In this document: piece after piece, positions 50,250-61,133 of the stretch
Position numbering within the stretch: the stretch's first letter is position 1
How the letters are laid out: the number at the start of each line of letters is the position of its first letter
Assembly: GCA_963812015.1 (NCBI GenBank)
Contig: CAWETI010000002.1
Span: forward strand, 1 to 64,000
Origin: an uncultured delta proteobacterium
GTDB lineage: Bacteria > Desulfobacterota > Desulfobaccia > Desulfobaccales > 0-14-0-80-60-11
Length of the DNA: 64,000 nucleotides
Direction: 5' to 3'
Position numbers and translations under genes: made by a program
The notes under the pieces: model-generated
Seen by the model: the letters and a program-made list of their open reading frames with translations, nothing else
Told to the model about the DNA's origin: nothing
Database searches by the model: none

Positions 50250-50572
50250 CCGCAATACCGCAGGCGTCTTCGGGCTGGGCCCCAGCCTGACGGGACCTTC
50301 AGGCAGTGAGCCGTTGGCCGGGTGCCGACCCGTTCCCTTCCCCGGGCCATTGCCGGCAATCCCATCCCGGAGACCGGGATGGCCATCTTCCGGCAGGCAG
50401 GTCGCCCCCAGCTCATATCACAAGATTGTATTTACTTCTCATATATTTATGACAAAAATGTGCTAATTAACCGGAAAAAGTTTCCGGCAGCCAACCCCCG
50501 CCATTCCCCTCAGCGTTACTAAATCCAGCTCTCACCGCCCATCTCCGCCCGGCCCGCCGGTTCAGATTGCCC

Positions 50573-50589
50573 CAGGCATATTTCTTGCT
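50573..50589 (+). promoter_or_regulatory. Possible sigma54 promoter of the NifA-like gene
   Basis: AGGCATATTTCTTGCT, i.e. GG-N10-GC, just upstream of ATG 50603. Confidence 0.4.
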
Positions 50590-50602
50590 TCAATTTTGGC
50601 AT

Positions 50603-52177
50603 ATGGAAACTAAGCTCAACGAACTGGAATTAAAGGTTCTCTACGAGATTAGTAAAATTATCGGTCAGGCCCTGGACCTCGATCAAGCCATGGAAGCCGT
50701 CCTGGCCATATTGTCCGATTCCCTGGCCATGCAGCGGGGCACCGTCACCCTCAAAGACCCGGAAACGGGCCATCTCCGCATCTGCGCCTCTCACGGGCTG
50801 AGCCCTGAAGAAAGGCAGCGGGGCATCTACCGCCTGGATGAGGGGGTCACCGGCCTGATCTTTCGCACCGCCCAGCCTTTCGTAGTGCCCGACGTCAGCC
50901 AGGAACCCCTATTCCTGAATAAAACCAAATCCCGTAATATCAACAAAGGCCAGATCTCCTTTATCGGGGTGCCCATTATCCTCCATGGCGCTCCCATGGG
51001 GGTTTTAAGCGTGGACCGCCTCTATGGGGAGGACATTTCTTTTGAAGAGGATGTCCGGTTTCTCAGCATCGTGGCCACCCTCATCGTCCAATTTGTCAGC
51101 CTCAACCTGCAGGTGAGGGCCCGGGAAGAGCACCTGCGCCAGGAAAACCTGTCGCTCCGGGTAGAGCTGTCGGAAAAATCCCCTAATCTGGTCCTGGTGG
51201 GGAGAAGTCCGGCCATTGCCGAGGCCCGGCAATTGATCAAAAAAGTCGCCCCGGTCCGGGCCGGGGTCTTGCTGGTGGGGGAGTCGGGCACGGGCAAGAC
51301 CTTGATGGCCCGGCTGATCCACGAATTGAGTCCCAGGGCCAAGTATCCCTTCCTCAAAATTAACTGCGCCTCCCTCCCGGAAAATGTGCTGGAGAGCGAG
51401 TTATTCGGCCAGGAGAAAGGCGCCGCACCGGGGGTGGGGCGGGCCAAACCCGGGCGCCTGGAAGAGGCCGACGGCGGCAGCATCTTTTTGGACGAAGTGG
51501 AGGAGCTGTCTCTACCCCTCCAGGCCAAGGTGCTGCGATTTCTCCAGGAACGGGAATTCGAGCGCCTGGGCAGCGCCAGGACCAGGAAGGTGGATGTCCG
51601 GATCATCGCCGCCACCGCCAGAGAGCTGACGGAACCGGTCACCGCCGGCGCCTTCTCGGAAGACCTCTACTATCTGCTCAGCGTCTTCCCCATTCGGGTG
51701 CCGCCACTCCGGGACCGCCGGGAAGACATCCCGCCCCTGCTGGATCACTTCCTGGATAAGGTCTCGGAGGAATACGCCCGCCGTTTTTATTTTACCCAAA
51801 AGGCCCAATCGGTCTTGCAGGATTATGGTTGGCCGGGGAATGTGCGGGAAATGGAAAACCTGGTGGAACGGCTGTGCATCATGGTGGAGGGCTCGGAAAT
51901 CGATCTCAAGGACCTGCCGGCCTTTCTATCGCCGGCCAGGACCAAGGCGGAGCCCGAGGACCAGGCGTTTCTCTCCCGTCTCAAGGAGATGGAAAAGCGA
52001 GAGATCATGGCCGCCCTGGAGCGCAACCACTGGATTCAATCCCAAGCCGCCATGGATCTGGGCCTGACCCTGAGGCAGATCGGCTACCGGGTCAAGCAGT
52101 TCGGCCTGGAACGGGTGATCAAGGAGCAACGGGGGCAGGGCCTGGGAGGCAAGCTCAAGAGTATGGCTCACCGGTAA
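50603..52177 (+). CDS. NifA-like GAF-AAA+-HTH regulator with degenerate activation motifs
   Basis: GAF (GEG-like DEGVTG, EPLFLNKT, SFIGVPI), GESGTGKT, FLDEV, WPGNVRE, HTH LGLTLRQIGYRV. GAFTGA is replaced by GAAPGV. Confidence 0.88.
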   Translation: METKLNELELKVLYEISKIIGQALDLDQAMEAVLAILSDSLAMQRGTVTLKDPETGHLRICASHGLSPEERQRGIYRLDEGVTGLIFRTAQPFVVPDVSQEPLFLNKTKSRNINKGQISFIGVPIILHGAPMGVLSVDRLYGEDISFEEDVRFLSIVATLIVQFVSLNLQVRAREEHLRQENLSLRVELSEKSPNLVLVGRSPAIAEARQLIKKVAPVRAGVLLVGESGTGKTLMARLIHELSPRAKYPFLKINCASLPENVLESELFGQEKGAAPGVGRAKPGRLEEADGGSIFLDEVEELSLPLQAKVLRFLQEREFERLGSARTRKVDVRIIAATARELTEPVTAGAFSEDLYYLLSVFPIRVPPLRDRREDIPPLLDHFLDKVSEEYARRFYFTQKAQSVLQDYGWPGNVREMENLVERLCIMVEGSEIDLKDLPAFLSPARTKAEPEDQAFLSRLKEMEKREIMAALERNHWIQSQAAMDLGLTLRQIGYRVKQFGLERVIKEQRGQGLGGKLKSMAHR

Positions 52178-52332
52178 TCTCCGAAGCTCGTCATGGCCGG
52201 ATCTTAACCTCATCCCCCGGCCTCGACCCCCAAACCCGTAACTTCCTCCCCCATTCTGGTCGCCACCCTTACATATTTGTTAACCTGTCGACGGCTCATA
52301 CCAAGGTGCCGTCAAACAAGTAACTATCCGAA

Positions 52333-52364
52333 ATGTAGGGGCGGTTCGCGAACCGCCCCTACAT
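52333..52364. repeat. GTAG-family REP palindrome
   Basis: Perfect 32-bp palindrome ATGTAGGGGCGGTTCGCGAACCGCCCCTACAT. Confidence 0.8.
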
Positions 52365-52519
52365 GGGTTGCTATCATAAAGCTAAAATTACCTTTTTGAC
52401 GGCAACTTGGTATCACTCGAAACCGGGCCAGGGAGGTAGGGCGAAGCTCCGGGGCCGCCCCGAGCGCGGTGAGATGGTCGGCGTGACCCAAGCCGCCAGC
52501 CTCTCGCCCCGGCGCTCTC

Positions 52520-54223
52520 CTAAAGCGCATTCAATTGCAGCGTAATGGGCTTGGTGTCCGCGGCGGGACCGTCGAACTGGATGGGACCGGGGAAGCGGTA
52601 GTGGTCTTCGTGGGCCCACTTCTGCCGTTCCTGCTCCAGGAACTTAAAAGCCGGCAACTCCAGGTCCACCTTCTGCTTGGCGATCACCAATTCCAGGCGT
52701 CCCTTGCGCTCTTCCAGGTGCATCAGGGGTGCCAGGGGGATGCCGATGGGCCGCCAGTCCGCCACCGGTTTGTGCAGGTCTTTGATGGCCGCCATGTAGC
52801 CGGTGGCGCCGTTGGCCAGGAGGCTGTAGGCCGCAAACCCCAGGTTATAGCCGTAATCGCAGTCGAACTGGGTGGGGAAAGTGCCCCGGCCGTCATAGCC
52901 GTAATAATGATTCTGGGTCCGCAAATTGCCCTTGTAAATCCCTTTGGCCTTCTGCTTTCGCAGGTAGGTGGCCACCATTTCCAAAAGGATGCGCTCGGTG
53001 TTCACCAGGGAAAACGGGAAGTTGCCGTGGCTGTCCCGGGGCAGCAGCAGGCCCCGCTGGAGCAAGGACGGAAAGCCCAAAAAGACGCGGCTGTCGTAGT
53101 CCCGCCAGATGTCGTTGTTGTCGATGAGCTGCACCTGTTCTTCATAAGAGAGCTTGTGGAAGGACTCGTCTTCCGTGGCCTCCCGGTTGTAGGCCGCGAT
53201 GATGTAACTGATCTTGATGATCAAGACGTTGACTTCGTGGATGAATTCCAGGATCCCTTCGGGAACCAGAATGGTGCCGTAATTCTTGCCTTCCCGGGCC
53301 CGATCCACGATGACGTCGGCGATGAGGCGCACCACGTTGTGGATGGTGAGCTCCTTTTCTTCGATTTCCTCCCCGATGAGAATGACGTTGGGATGGGTCT
53401 GGAAGGCCACTTCCAGGGCGATATGGCTGGCGCTTCGGCCCATCAGGCGGTTAAAATGCCAGTATTTCAGGTCGGATTTGCAATCGGAATTGAGATTGCC
53501 CACCTCCGTGGCGAAGGCCATGCAGGCGGAGTGAAATCCGAAAGGGATCTGGAGCAGGCCCGGCACCTGGAGGTCGCCGTCAATGGTTTTGGGAATGCCG
53601 ATCACCTGGGTGTTGATCCCCCGGAGATTTTCTGCCAGGAAGGCGGCGTTGGTGTTGGAATCATCGCCCCCCACCACCACCAGGCCGGACAGCTTCAGGG
53701 CGGCGCAGGTTTCCCGGCACTGCTTCATTTTTTCGGGGGTGTCGATCTTATCCCGGCCGGTGCCCAACATGTGAAAGCCGCCGGAATTGAGGTGGCGTGA
53801 CACCAGGTCGTCGCTGATTTCCACGTGTTTATCGGTGATGATGCCTTTGGGGCCGGCCAGAAAGCCGATCACCTGGCTGTCCGGATGGGCCCCCTTGGCC
53901 GCCTGGAACAGGCCGGCAATGACGTTGTGGCCGCCCGGGGCCGGACCTCCGGAGAGCACGATACCCAGGCGCAGGGGCTTTCCCGGGCGCGGCTGGTTAT
54001 CCGGAACGATTTCCACCAGCTTATTCTTGCTGACGAAGGGCAGCTGTTCTTGGGCTACCCTCATCACGTCCAAGTCGAAGCCCTCCAGGGGGCGGGTGAG
54101 GCCGGGGCCCGCCGCCAGGCGCGGGCACAGCAACGGTTGGTAGGACCGGCGTGCAGCACGAAAAACCGTTTCGTTGCCAAGCAGTTCCGCGAGGTGGGTC
54201 TGCCGGGATTCGCCTGCCATCAC
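52520..54223 (-). CDS. pfp: Pyrophosphate-dependent phosphofructokinase (long type)
   Basis: SGGPAPGGHNV, GGDDSNTNA (Asp form indicates PPi), PKTIDGDL, LMGRSASH. Confidence 0.93.
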   Translation of the reverse strand: MMAGESRQTHLAELLGNETVFRAARRSYQPLLCPRLAAGPGLTRPLEGFDLDVMRVAQEQLPFVSKNKLVEIVPDNQPRPGKPLRLGIVLSGGPAPGGHNVIAGLFQAAKGAHPDSQVIGFLAGPKGIITDKHVEISDDLVSRHLNSGGFHMLGTGRDKIDTPEKMKQCRETCAALKLSGLVVVGGDDSNTNAAFLAENLRGINTQVIGIPKTIDGDLQVPGLLQIPFGFHSACMAFATEVGNLNSDCKSDLKYWHFNRLMGRSASHIALEVAFQTHPNVILIGEEIEEKELTIHNVVRLIADVIVDRAREGKNYGTILVPEGILEFIHEVNVLIIKISYIIAAYNREATEDESFHKLSYEEQVQLIDNNDIWRDYDSRVFLGFPSLLQRGLLLPRDSHGNFPFSLVNTERILLEMVATYLRKQKAKGIYKGNLRTQNHYYGYDGRGTFPTQFDCDYGYNLGFAAYSLLANGATGYMAAIKDLHKPVADWRPIGIPLAPLMHLEERKGRLELVIAKQKVDLELPAFKFLEQERQKWAHEDHYRFPGPIQFDGPAADTKPITLQLNAL

Positions 54224-54459
54224 ATTTCTCCTTCCGGATTACCTTGACCGGGGTTCTGCCGGGGCCGGGGACCGCCGCCCCACCAGCCGGGTTTTCCCTG
54301 GAGGGCGGGGATTCCGCCTCCGCCAACCAGGTTCTTGCTCAAGGTCTTAACTTGGCATTATTGGCCAGGGGAAATTATTGACCAGATTACCATACCGACG
54401 CCCTAAGAGAAACCGCGAAGCGAGCCGCCGGGTCCCGGCTCTTTCTCCCCCAGTCCGGC

Positions 54460-55113
54460 TTAGCGCATCAGCTCCTTCAAGCGCCGCACGTTTTCGGCGA
54501 TGGGTTTGTCGTTGAAAATGCCGGAGCCGGAGACGAAGACGTCCGCCCCGGCGGCCACCAGGTCCCCCAGGGTGTTCAGGTGCACCCCGCCGTCCACCTG
54601 GATGAGGACGTCCAGCCCCTGCGCGTCGATCATCTGCCGCAGGCGGCGGATCTTAGGGAGGACCCCGGGGATGAATTTCTGGCCGGAAAACCCGGGGTTC
54701 ACCGTCATCAAGACCACCATGTCCACGTCTTTCAGGACGTATTCCAGGCAGTCCAACGGGGTGGCGGGGTTCAGGCTCACCGTGGCCTTAGCCCCGGCTT
54801 CCTTGATCTGGTGAATGAGGCGGTCCAGGTGCACCGTGGCTTCCACGTGAATCCCCAGCCAATCGGCCCCGGCCTTCACAAAGGCCTCGACGTAGCGCTC
54901 GGGATTGCTGATCATCAGATGGACATCCAGGGGCAGGCTGGTGGCCTTGCGGATGGCCCGGGTCACCACGGGACCGATGGTGATATTGGGGACGAAATGC
55001 CCGTCCATGACGTCCACGTGGATCCAATCGACGCCGGCCTGCTCCGCTTCCTTCACCTGTTCCGCCAGTCGGCCGAAATCTGCCGATAAAATCGAGGCCG
55101 AAATTTTTCGCAT
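54460..55113 (-). CDS. rpe: Ribulose-phosphate 3-epimerase
   Basis: SILSADF, HVDVMDGHFVPN, DVHLM, MTVNPGF, VDGG. Confidence 0.97.
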   Translation of the reverse strand: MRKISASILSADFGRLAEQVKEAEQAGVDWIHVDVMDGHFVPNITIGPVVTRAIRKATSLPLDVHLMISNPERYVEAFVKAGADWLGIHVEATVHLDRLIHQIKEAGAKATVSLNPATPLDCLEYVLKDVDMVVLMTVNPGFSGQKFIPGVLPKIRRLRQMIDAQGLDVLIQVDGGVHLNTLGDLVAAGADVFVSGSGIFNDKPIAENVRRLKELMR

Positions 55114-55300
55114 GGGCGCTCCTGTTTTTCTGCCGGCTGGGCCCGGGCAGCAGTCTCAGGTCAACTTACCCCTGGTGCCGGGGAAAAATCAAGGAGGGAA
55201 TGACGCCGGCAAGGAATTTTTGCCAAAAATCAGCCCACAGGCGAAAACGGCCCGGTATCTTTCAAGGCCGCTGGTTGACGCGGCCTGCCGGCGCGGCTGG

Positions 55301-55651
55301 TTATAATTCCGGGGCGTGCGACGGCACCAGACAGACGATAAGCAATGACTCCTGGCCGGGATTTCTGATTTGATGTTCTTCATTGCCGGGGATAAACACC
55401 ACATTACCTGATTTCACCGGATGCCATTGGCCATGACCATAAATTTCGCCTTCACCCGCGTGCACGAACATCTCATGTTCCCAAGCATGCACGTGCTTCG
55501 GGGTATTGCCTCCCGGGGAAATAGCAAAAATTCTCATATAAAAATTATTCGCACCGTCATGTTTGCCGATAACCACCCGTGCCGCTACCCCTTTGATGTC
55601 GGGCTTGTCAAAATACGTGGCCTCGACGTCAGTGTACTTTTTAATTCTCAT
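55301..55651 (-). CDS. Cupin domain protein
   Basis: TPKHVHAWEHE...G.G; FIPGNEEHQ. Confidence 0.88.
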   Translation of the reverse strand: MRIKKYTDVEATYFDKPDIKGVAARVVIGKHDGANNFYMRIFAISPGGNTPKHVHAWEHEMFVHAGEGEIYGHGQWHPVKSGNVVFIPGNEEHQIRNPGQESLLIVCLVPSHAPEL

Positions 55652-56079
55652 ACTATCCCCCTCGCTGCTGGTACATAACGCCGCGCCTAACCGTGGCGGT
55701 TTACCCTAGCCGAGGTGATCCGCGGGTTAGACCACAGGTCGTGCCAGGGCAATCTGGATGAACTTTGGTGCATTAATGTGATCCTGACATTAAACGTATG
55801 CAATCTTCCGAGTATTGTCAATCGCGGCCAGGTATCAGCACGGGATGAGAAGGTTCCCTCCTGCAAAGTAAACGTCATATCTTGAATCAATCCCTTTAGT
55901 TCTGAAGAGAATTGCTCTTTACGGTTTGCCTTAAAGGGCCACTTATTTATATAAGGGGCTGCAAAAAAGTAGTACCTTTTTCGGTCAAGGGTGCGGTAAA
56001 ATACAACCGCACCTGTTTAAGTGCCTCGTAACAGATCGTCCCCGAGTTAACCCAGCATTGCTTTTACCAAGGAGGCGGC

Positions 56080-56808
56080 ATGGCGGGTCTGACGGCGGAA
56101 ATCCAGTGCCAAGTGTGCGGGAAACCTTTTAAGATTGGCGAGGTGATCAAAGGCAAACTCATAGAAAAATCCCTCGCCAAGCTCATCCAAGCGAAGCACC
56201 CCAAATGGTCCTCAACCGGTTATATTTGCCTGCCCGACCTCAGTCTCTTCAGGACGCAATATGTTGCCAAGGTCCTCAAAGACGCCAGCCAGGAGGTTTA
56301 CGACCTGGAAAAGGGGATGGCGAAAAGCCTGGAAGAGGAAGAACTCGTGTCCCGAAATATCAACCAAGACTTCGAGAGCAGCCTGACTCTCGGGGAGCGG
56401 TGGGCCGACCGGCTGGCGGATTTTGGGGGAAGCTGGACTTTTATCAGTATTTTCATGACCGTTCTGATTATTTGGATGGCCATCAATACGTGGATTCTCT
56501 TGGAAAGGCCCTTCGATCCCTATCCGTACATCCTTCTCAACCTGGTGCTCTCCTGCCTGGCAGCTATTCAAGCACCGGTAATTTTGATGAGCCAGAACCG
56601 CCAGGAGGCCAGGGACCGCCTCCAGTCTGAACACGATTATCAGATTAATATAAAGGCAGAAATCGAAATTCGTAAGTTACATGAGAAACTAGACCATCTC
56701 CTGATGCATCAATGGCAACGTCTGATGGAAATACAACAGCTTCAGGTGGACCTGATGGACGAAATCAGCCGGACTTCTTTAAAGGGGAAAGAACCTGATA
56801 ATGGATGA
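56080..56808 (+). CDS. DUF1003 membrane protein
   Basis: ADFGGSW, FDPYPYILLNL.LSCLAAIQAPVILMSQNRQ. Confidence 0.9.
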   Translation: MAGLTAEIQCQVCGKPFKIGEVIKGKLIEKSLAKLIQAKHPKWSSTGYICLPDLSLFRTQYVAKVLKDASQEVYDLEKGMAKSLEEEELVSRNINQDFESSLTLGERWADRLADFGGSWTFISIFMTVLIIWMAINTWILLERPFDPYPYILLNLVLSCLAAIQAPVILMSQNRQEARDRLQSEHDYQINIKAEIEIRKLHEKLDHLLMHQWQRLMEIQQLQVDLMDEISRTSLKGKEPDNG

Positions 56809-57072
56809 CTCGGGCAGGGTTAACTGATATCTGCCAAATCGGGGCGATTTCCATCAACATAAAAGATATTCGCTCCGGCTCGCATATCTGCATTGCGGAC
56901 CTCACTGCGGCTCAGGGTTTCGCCTTTGGCGGCGGACCCACGCCTGATCCCGCCTCGATCAGGCTCAGCGTGCCTCTTTTTTAGGGAAAATTCAACGGGC
57001 GATATTCTGGGGGTATCAAGAGGGTGGCCGGGATAAGCCACCGGTGAACCATGCCTCGGGAAAGGGCCGGTT

Positions 57073-57798
57073 TTATGTGGCCGGGACCAGGGCCGCGGCC
57101 TCCTGGTCAATCAGCCACAGGACCTCGCCGTTTTGGGGCTGGATGAGTTGGGCCGGCAGGCGGGCCGGGTCCCGGGGACCGTGCAGCACCTCGTATAAGA
57201 CCCCGGCCTTGGAGCTTCCCGCCACCAGAAAGGCCACCACCATCGCCTGGTTGATAAACGGGGCAGTTAAGGTGACCCGGTTGAGGTCGGCCTCGGCCAC
57301 ATAGACGGCGGCGGCCCAGCGCCGCGTTTCCTCCAGCACCGGCGTGCCCGGGAACAGCGAGGCGGTGTGGCCGTTGTCCCCCAAGCCCAGCAGGACCAGG
57401 TCCAGGTGGGGGGGCCGGCCGGCAAAGAATTCCCTGAGCTGCGCCTCATACTGCCGAGCCGCGGCGGCCGGCGCCCGGGCGCAATCCAGGGGGTGAATCT
57501 GCCCCGTGGGGATGGGCACGCGGTCCAGCCAGGCCGCCTTCGCCATGCGGGCGTTGCTCCGGGGATCGTCCAGGGGCACGCACCGCTCGTCCCCCCAGAA
57601 GACGTGCATCCGGTCCCAGGGCGCCTGATCCAAAAACGGCGGCGCGGCCAGCAGCTCATAGGTGCGCCGGGGGGTAGTGCCCCCCGAGAGGGCCACGCTG
57701 AACCGGCCCCGGTGGGCCACGGCCAGATTCGCCTGGCTAACCAGCAAGACGGCGGCGGCCCGGCTTAAAGACTCCGGGTCGGGATATACCCTGATCAT
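57073..57798 (-). CDS. pgl: 6-phosphogluconolactonase
   Basis: [35 protein letters not shown] overlap with zwf. Confidence 0.95.
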   Translation of the reverse strand: MIRVYPDPESLSRAAAVLLVSQANLAVAHRGRFSVALSGGTTPRRTYELLAAPPFLDQAPWDRMHVFWGDERCVPLDDPRSNARMAKAAWLDRVPIPTGQIHPLDCARAPAAAARQYEAQLREFFAGRPPHLDLVLLGLGDNGHTASLFPGTPVLEETRRWAAAVYVAEADLNRVTLTAPFINQAMVVAFLVAGSSKAGVLYEVLHGPRDPARLPAQLIQPQNGEVLWLIDQEAAALVPAT

Positions 57799-59348
57799 GG
57801 CTGCACCACGGTGACCCGGCACACGGGTTGGTCTGTCTGACATTGGAGAAAGGTGGGGGCCACCCAGTTGTGCCCCTCCTGGGCGAGCAGGACATTGGCC
57901 GCCTCCGGACCCCAGGTGCCCGCGGCGTAGTTGGGAAAGTCCGTGGGCTTGATGGTGTCCCAGGCCTCCAGAATGGGGCTGAGTATGGACCAGGCCGCCT
58001 CGGTTTGGTCGGCCCGCATGAACAGGGTGGCGTCCCCCAGCATGACGTCCAGCAGCAGGGTTTCATAAGCCTCCGCGGTCATGATTTTAAAGGCCTCCCG
58101 GTAGAAGAATTGCATGAGCACCGGCGACAGGCGCATGGTCGGCCCGGGGTACTTGGCCTCAAACCGGAGGAAAATGCCTTCCTCGGGCTGAATGGCGATG
58201 ATTAGCCGGTTGGGCCGCCAATCCATCCCCGCCGAGGCCGGGAAGCTCTGGTGCGGCACCTCCCGAAACTGGATGGACACCTCTGAAATCTTGGCGGGCA
58301 TACGCTTGCCGGTGCGCAGATAAAAGGGCACCCCCTCCCAGCGCCAGTTGTCCACAAAAAGCTTGAGCGCCGCAAAGGTATCGATGTTGGAATCGGCGGC
58401 CACGTCGGTTTCGGAGCGGTAGCCCTTGATCGCTTGCCCATCGATGCTGCCGGCCCCGTATTGGCCCCGCATCGCATGGTTGTGCACCGCCTCCGGCGAG
58501 ATGGGCCGGACGGCCCGGAGCACGTCCACCTTCTTGTTGCGCACTTCGTTGTCGCTGAAAGAGTTGGGCGGCTCCATGGCAATGAGGCACAAGACGGTGA
58601 GCAGGTGATTCTGGATCATGTCCCGCAGGGCCCCGGCGTGGTCGTAGTAGTGGGCCCGACTGCCCACCCCGTCGGCCTCCGCCACGGTGATCTGCACGTG
58701 GTCAATGTAGTGGCGGTTCCAGATGGGCTCAAACAGGACGTTGGCAAATCGGAAGGCCAGGATATTCTGGACCGTCTCTTTGCCCAGATAGTGGTCGATG
58801 CGAAAAATCTGGGATTCCTGAAAGATCTCCCCCAGGATGCGGTTCAGGGCCTGGGCCGAGGCCAGGTCATGGCCGAAGGGCTTTTCCACCACGATGCGGG
58901 ACCGTTGGCGGTCCTGGTTCAACTTGGCCTGGCCCAACTCATGGGCCACGGGCTCAATCATCCCCGGCGGCAGACTCAGATAAAAGATGCGGTTGGCCTT
59001 GGCATCCCAGGCCTTATCCTGGTCCGCCAGTCTCCTGGCCAGATCATTGAAGACCCCCGGTTGGTCCAGGTCCGCGGCCATAAAGCTCAGGTGCGAGGCA
59101 AAAGCCTGCCAGTCGGCGTCCGTGGTCTGGCCCCGGCGGGAAAACTTGTCCACGCCCTCCTTAAGATGCTGGCGGAATCCCTCGTCGGTGGTGTGCCGGT
59201 GGCCGGTGCCGATGATTAAAAACTTCTCCGGCAGCCAGTGGTCCAGGTAGAGATTGTAGAGGGCGGGGATGAGCTTGCGCCAGGAGAGGTCGCCGGCGCC
59301 ACCGAAAATGACGAAGACCGTGGGCTCCGGCCGATGATCGGTTCCCAT
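57795..59348 (-). CDS. zwf: Glucose-6-phosphate dehydrogenase
   Basis: [34 protein letters not shown]. Confidence 0.97.
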   Translation of the reverse strand: MGTDHRPEPTVFVIFGGAGDLSWRKLIPALYNLYLDHWLPEKFLIIGTGHRHTTDEGFRQHLKEGVDKFSRRGQTTDADWQAFASHLSFMAADLDQPGVFNDLARRLADQDKAWDAKANRIFYLSLPPGMIEPVAHELGQAKLNQDRQRSRIVVEKPFGHDLASAQALNRILGEIFQESQIFRIDHYLGKETVQNILAFRFANVLFEPIWNRHYIDHVQITVAEADGVGSRAHYYDHAGALRDMIQNHLLTVLCLIAMEPPNSFSDNEVRNKKVDVLRAVRPISPEAVHNHAMRGQYGAGSIDGQAIKGYRSETDVAADSNIDTFAALKLFVDNWRWEGVPFYLRTGKRMPAKISEVSIQFREVPHQSFPASAGMDWRPNRLIIAIQPEEGIFLRFEAKYPGPTMRLSPVLMQFFYREAFKIMTAEAYETLLLDVMLGDATLFMRADQTEAAWSILSPILEAWDTIKPTDFPNYAAGTWGPEAANVLLAQEGHNWVAPTFLQCQTDQPVCRVTVVQP

Positions 59349-59384
59349 AAGAACTCCTCGTGCAGACTTCAGAAAATGGTAAGT

Positions 59385-59505
59385 TGAGGGGAGGACCGGG
59401 GGAGGTCAACTCCCCCGCCCTCCCCTCCCACCCCCCTGTACGGGGTTGGGAGAGGGGGTGTGGGGGAGGGGGTAGGGGCTTTCGCCCCTAGCCCCCTCCC
59501 CCACA
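59385..59505. repeat. G/C-run compound hairpin element between gnd and zwf
   Basis: GGGAGG..GGGGGAG-GTCAA-CTCCCCCGCCCTCCC and TGTGGGGGAGGGGG-TAGGGGC-TTTC-GCCCCTA-GCCCCCTCCCCCACA. Confidence 0.6.
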
Positions 59506-59517
59506 ATCAGTTCGGCC

Positions 59518-60936
59518 TCACTCCTCCTCCCATTGGGTATGGAAGATGCCGGGGGCGTCGAGGCGTTCGTAGGTATGCGCCCCGAAGAAGTCCCGCTGGG
59601 CCTGGATCAGGTTGGCCGGGAGCACGGCGCTGCGGTAGGCGTCGAAATAGCCCAGGGTCACCATCAGGGCCGGGGCCGGCAGCCCCAGGGCGGCGGCCAC
59701 CTGGACCACGGCCCGCAAGTCCGCCTCCCGGGACAGGAATTCCTGGCTCAGGTGGGGGTCCATCAGGAGGTTGGGCAACGCCGCGTTGGCCTGGTAGGCG
59801 GTGCGGATGTCTTCCAGGAGGGCCGCCCGGATGATGCAGCCCCCCCGCCAGATGCGGGCCACAGCCTCCAGGTCCAGTCCATAGCGATAGGTGGCGGAGG
59901 CTTTTTGGAGCAGGGCCATACCCTGGGCGTAGGTGGCGATCATGCTGGCATACAGGGCGTTTTTCAACTGGCCGATGAAGCGCTCGCGGTCGCCCGTAAA
60001 GGTGTGGGTGGGCCCGGCCAATACCTGAGCCGCCGCCTGCCGTTCATCCCGGCAGCCCGACAGATCCCGCATGACCACCGCCACGTCGATGGTGGGCGTC
60101 CCCACCTGCAGGTCCATGGCATCCCAGGAGGTCCACATGCCGGTGCCTTTTTGCTTGGCCTTGTCCAGGATCATATCCACCAGGGGCTTGCCGGTGCGGT
60201 CGTCCTGACGGGCAAAGATCTTGGTGGTGATTTCCATGAGAAAGGAGTTGAGCTCCGCCTGGTTCCAGCGGTCATAGAGGGAGGCCAGCTCGGCCGGCGT
60301 CAGGCCCAGGCCCCGCTTCAGGAGATCATAGGTCTCGACGATCAGCTCCATGAGCCCATATTCGATGCCGTTGTGGACCATCTTGACGTAGTGCCCGGCA
60401 GAGCCCGGCCCCAGAAAGGTGACGCAGGGGTCGCCGTTGACGTGGGCCGAGGCCGCCTCCAGGATGGGGCCCACCCGGTCGTACATCGCCTGGGAGCCGC
60501 CGGGCATCAGGCTGGGGCCGTGCCGGGCCCCGGCTTCGCCCCCGGAGATCCCCATCCCCATGAATTGCAGCTGTTTGGCGGACAGGATTTTGCCCCGCCG
60601 GTTGGTGTCGGTGAAATGGGAGTTGCCGGCGTCGATGATCAGATCGCCGGGGGCCAGCAAAGGCAGCAGTTCCCGGATCACCGCATCCACCGGGTCGCCG
60701 GCCGCCACCAGCAGGATGAGGGCCCGGGGCGGGCGCAACCGCCCGACGAACTCTTGCAGGTCATAACCCGCCTTGATGGCCCGGGAGCCCACCTCGTTGG
60801 CCATGAACTCCCTGGTCGTCTCGGTGGTGCGGTTATATACAGCCACGGCAAATCCGTGATCCGCCATGTTCAGGACAAAATTGCGTCCCATGGTTCCGAG
60901 GCCGATCAAGCCGATGTCACAACCCTGATTGCTCAT
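59518..60936 (-). CDS. gnd: 6-phosphogluconate dehydrogenase (NADP, decarboxylating)
   Basis: IGLGTMG, YNRT, GHYVKMVHNGIEY, QKGTG, QAQRDFFGAH. Confidence 0.97.
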   Translation of the reverse strand: MSNQGCDIGLIGLGTMGRNFVLNMADHGFAVAVYNRTTETTREFMANEVGSRAIKAGYDLQEFVGRLRPPRALILLVAAGDPVDAVIRELLPLLAPGDLIIDAGNSHFTDTNRRGKILSAKQLQFMGMGISGGEAGARHGPSLMPGGSQAMYDRVGPILEAASAHVNGDPCVTFLGPGSAGHYVKMVHNGIEYGLMELIVETYDLLKRGLGLTPAELASLYDRWNQAELNSFLMEITTKIFARQDDRTGKPLVDMILDKAKQKGTGMWTSWDAMDLQVGTPTIDVAVVMRDLSGCRDERQAAAQVLAGPTHTFTGDRERFIGQLKNALYASMIATYAQGMALLQKASATYRYGLDLEAVARIWRGGCIIRAALLEDIRTAYQANAALPNLLMDPHLSQEFLSREADLRAVVQVAAALGLPAPALMVTLGYFDAYRSAVLPANLIQAQRDFFGAHTYERLDAPGIFHTQWEEE

Positions 60937-60993
60937 ACACGATCTCCGATTAACTTAACCTTCTCAAGGCACACTCAGGTGTGGGCCCTGGGC

Positions 60994-61019
60994 GGGCGGA
61001 CACGCCGGTCCGCCCCTAC
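60994..61019. repeat. GTAG-family REP (minus orientation)
   Basis: GGGCGGAC-ACGCCG-GTCCGCCC-CTAC. Confidence 0.7.
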
Positions 61020-61133
61020 GCCCGGTATGCAGATGCTTCTCTGGTTTTCGCCGGGTTTCCTGCCCTCAATCCTCCACCGTCAGGCCCAGGTCCTGGGCGA
61101 TCTCCAGGAACAGGGGCGTGATGCCGGCGGAAC

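Noticed and set aside
55686..55735. Hairpin with CTAGGGT upstream of the cupin gene, considered as a Moco/W riboswitch
   Set aside because: The other conserved elements (CCGAG, GAAA tetraloops, GAAAGG) are absent.
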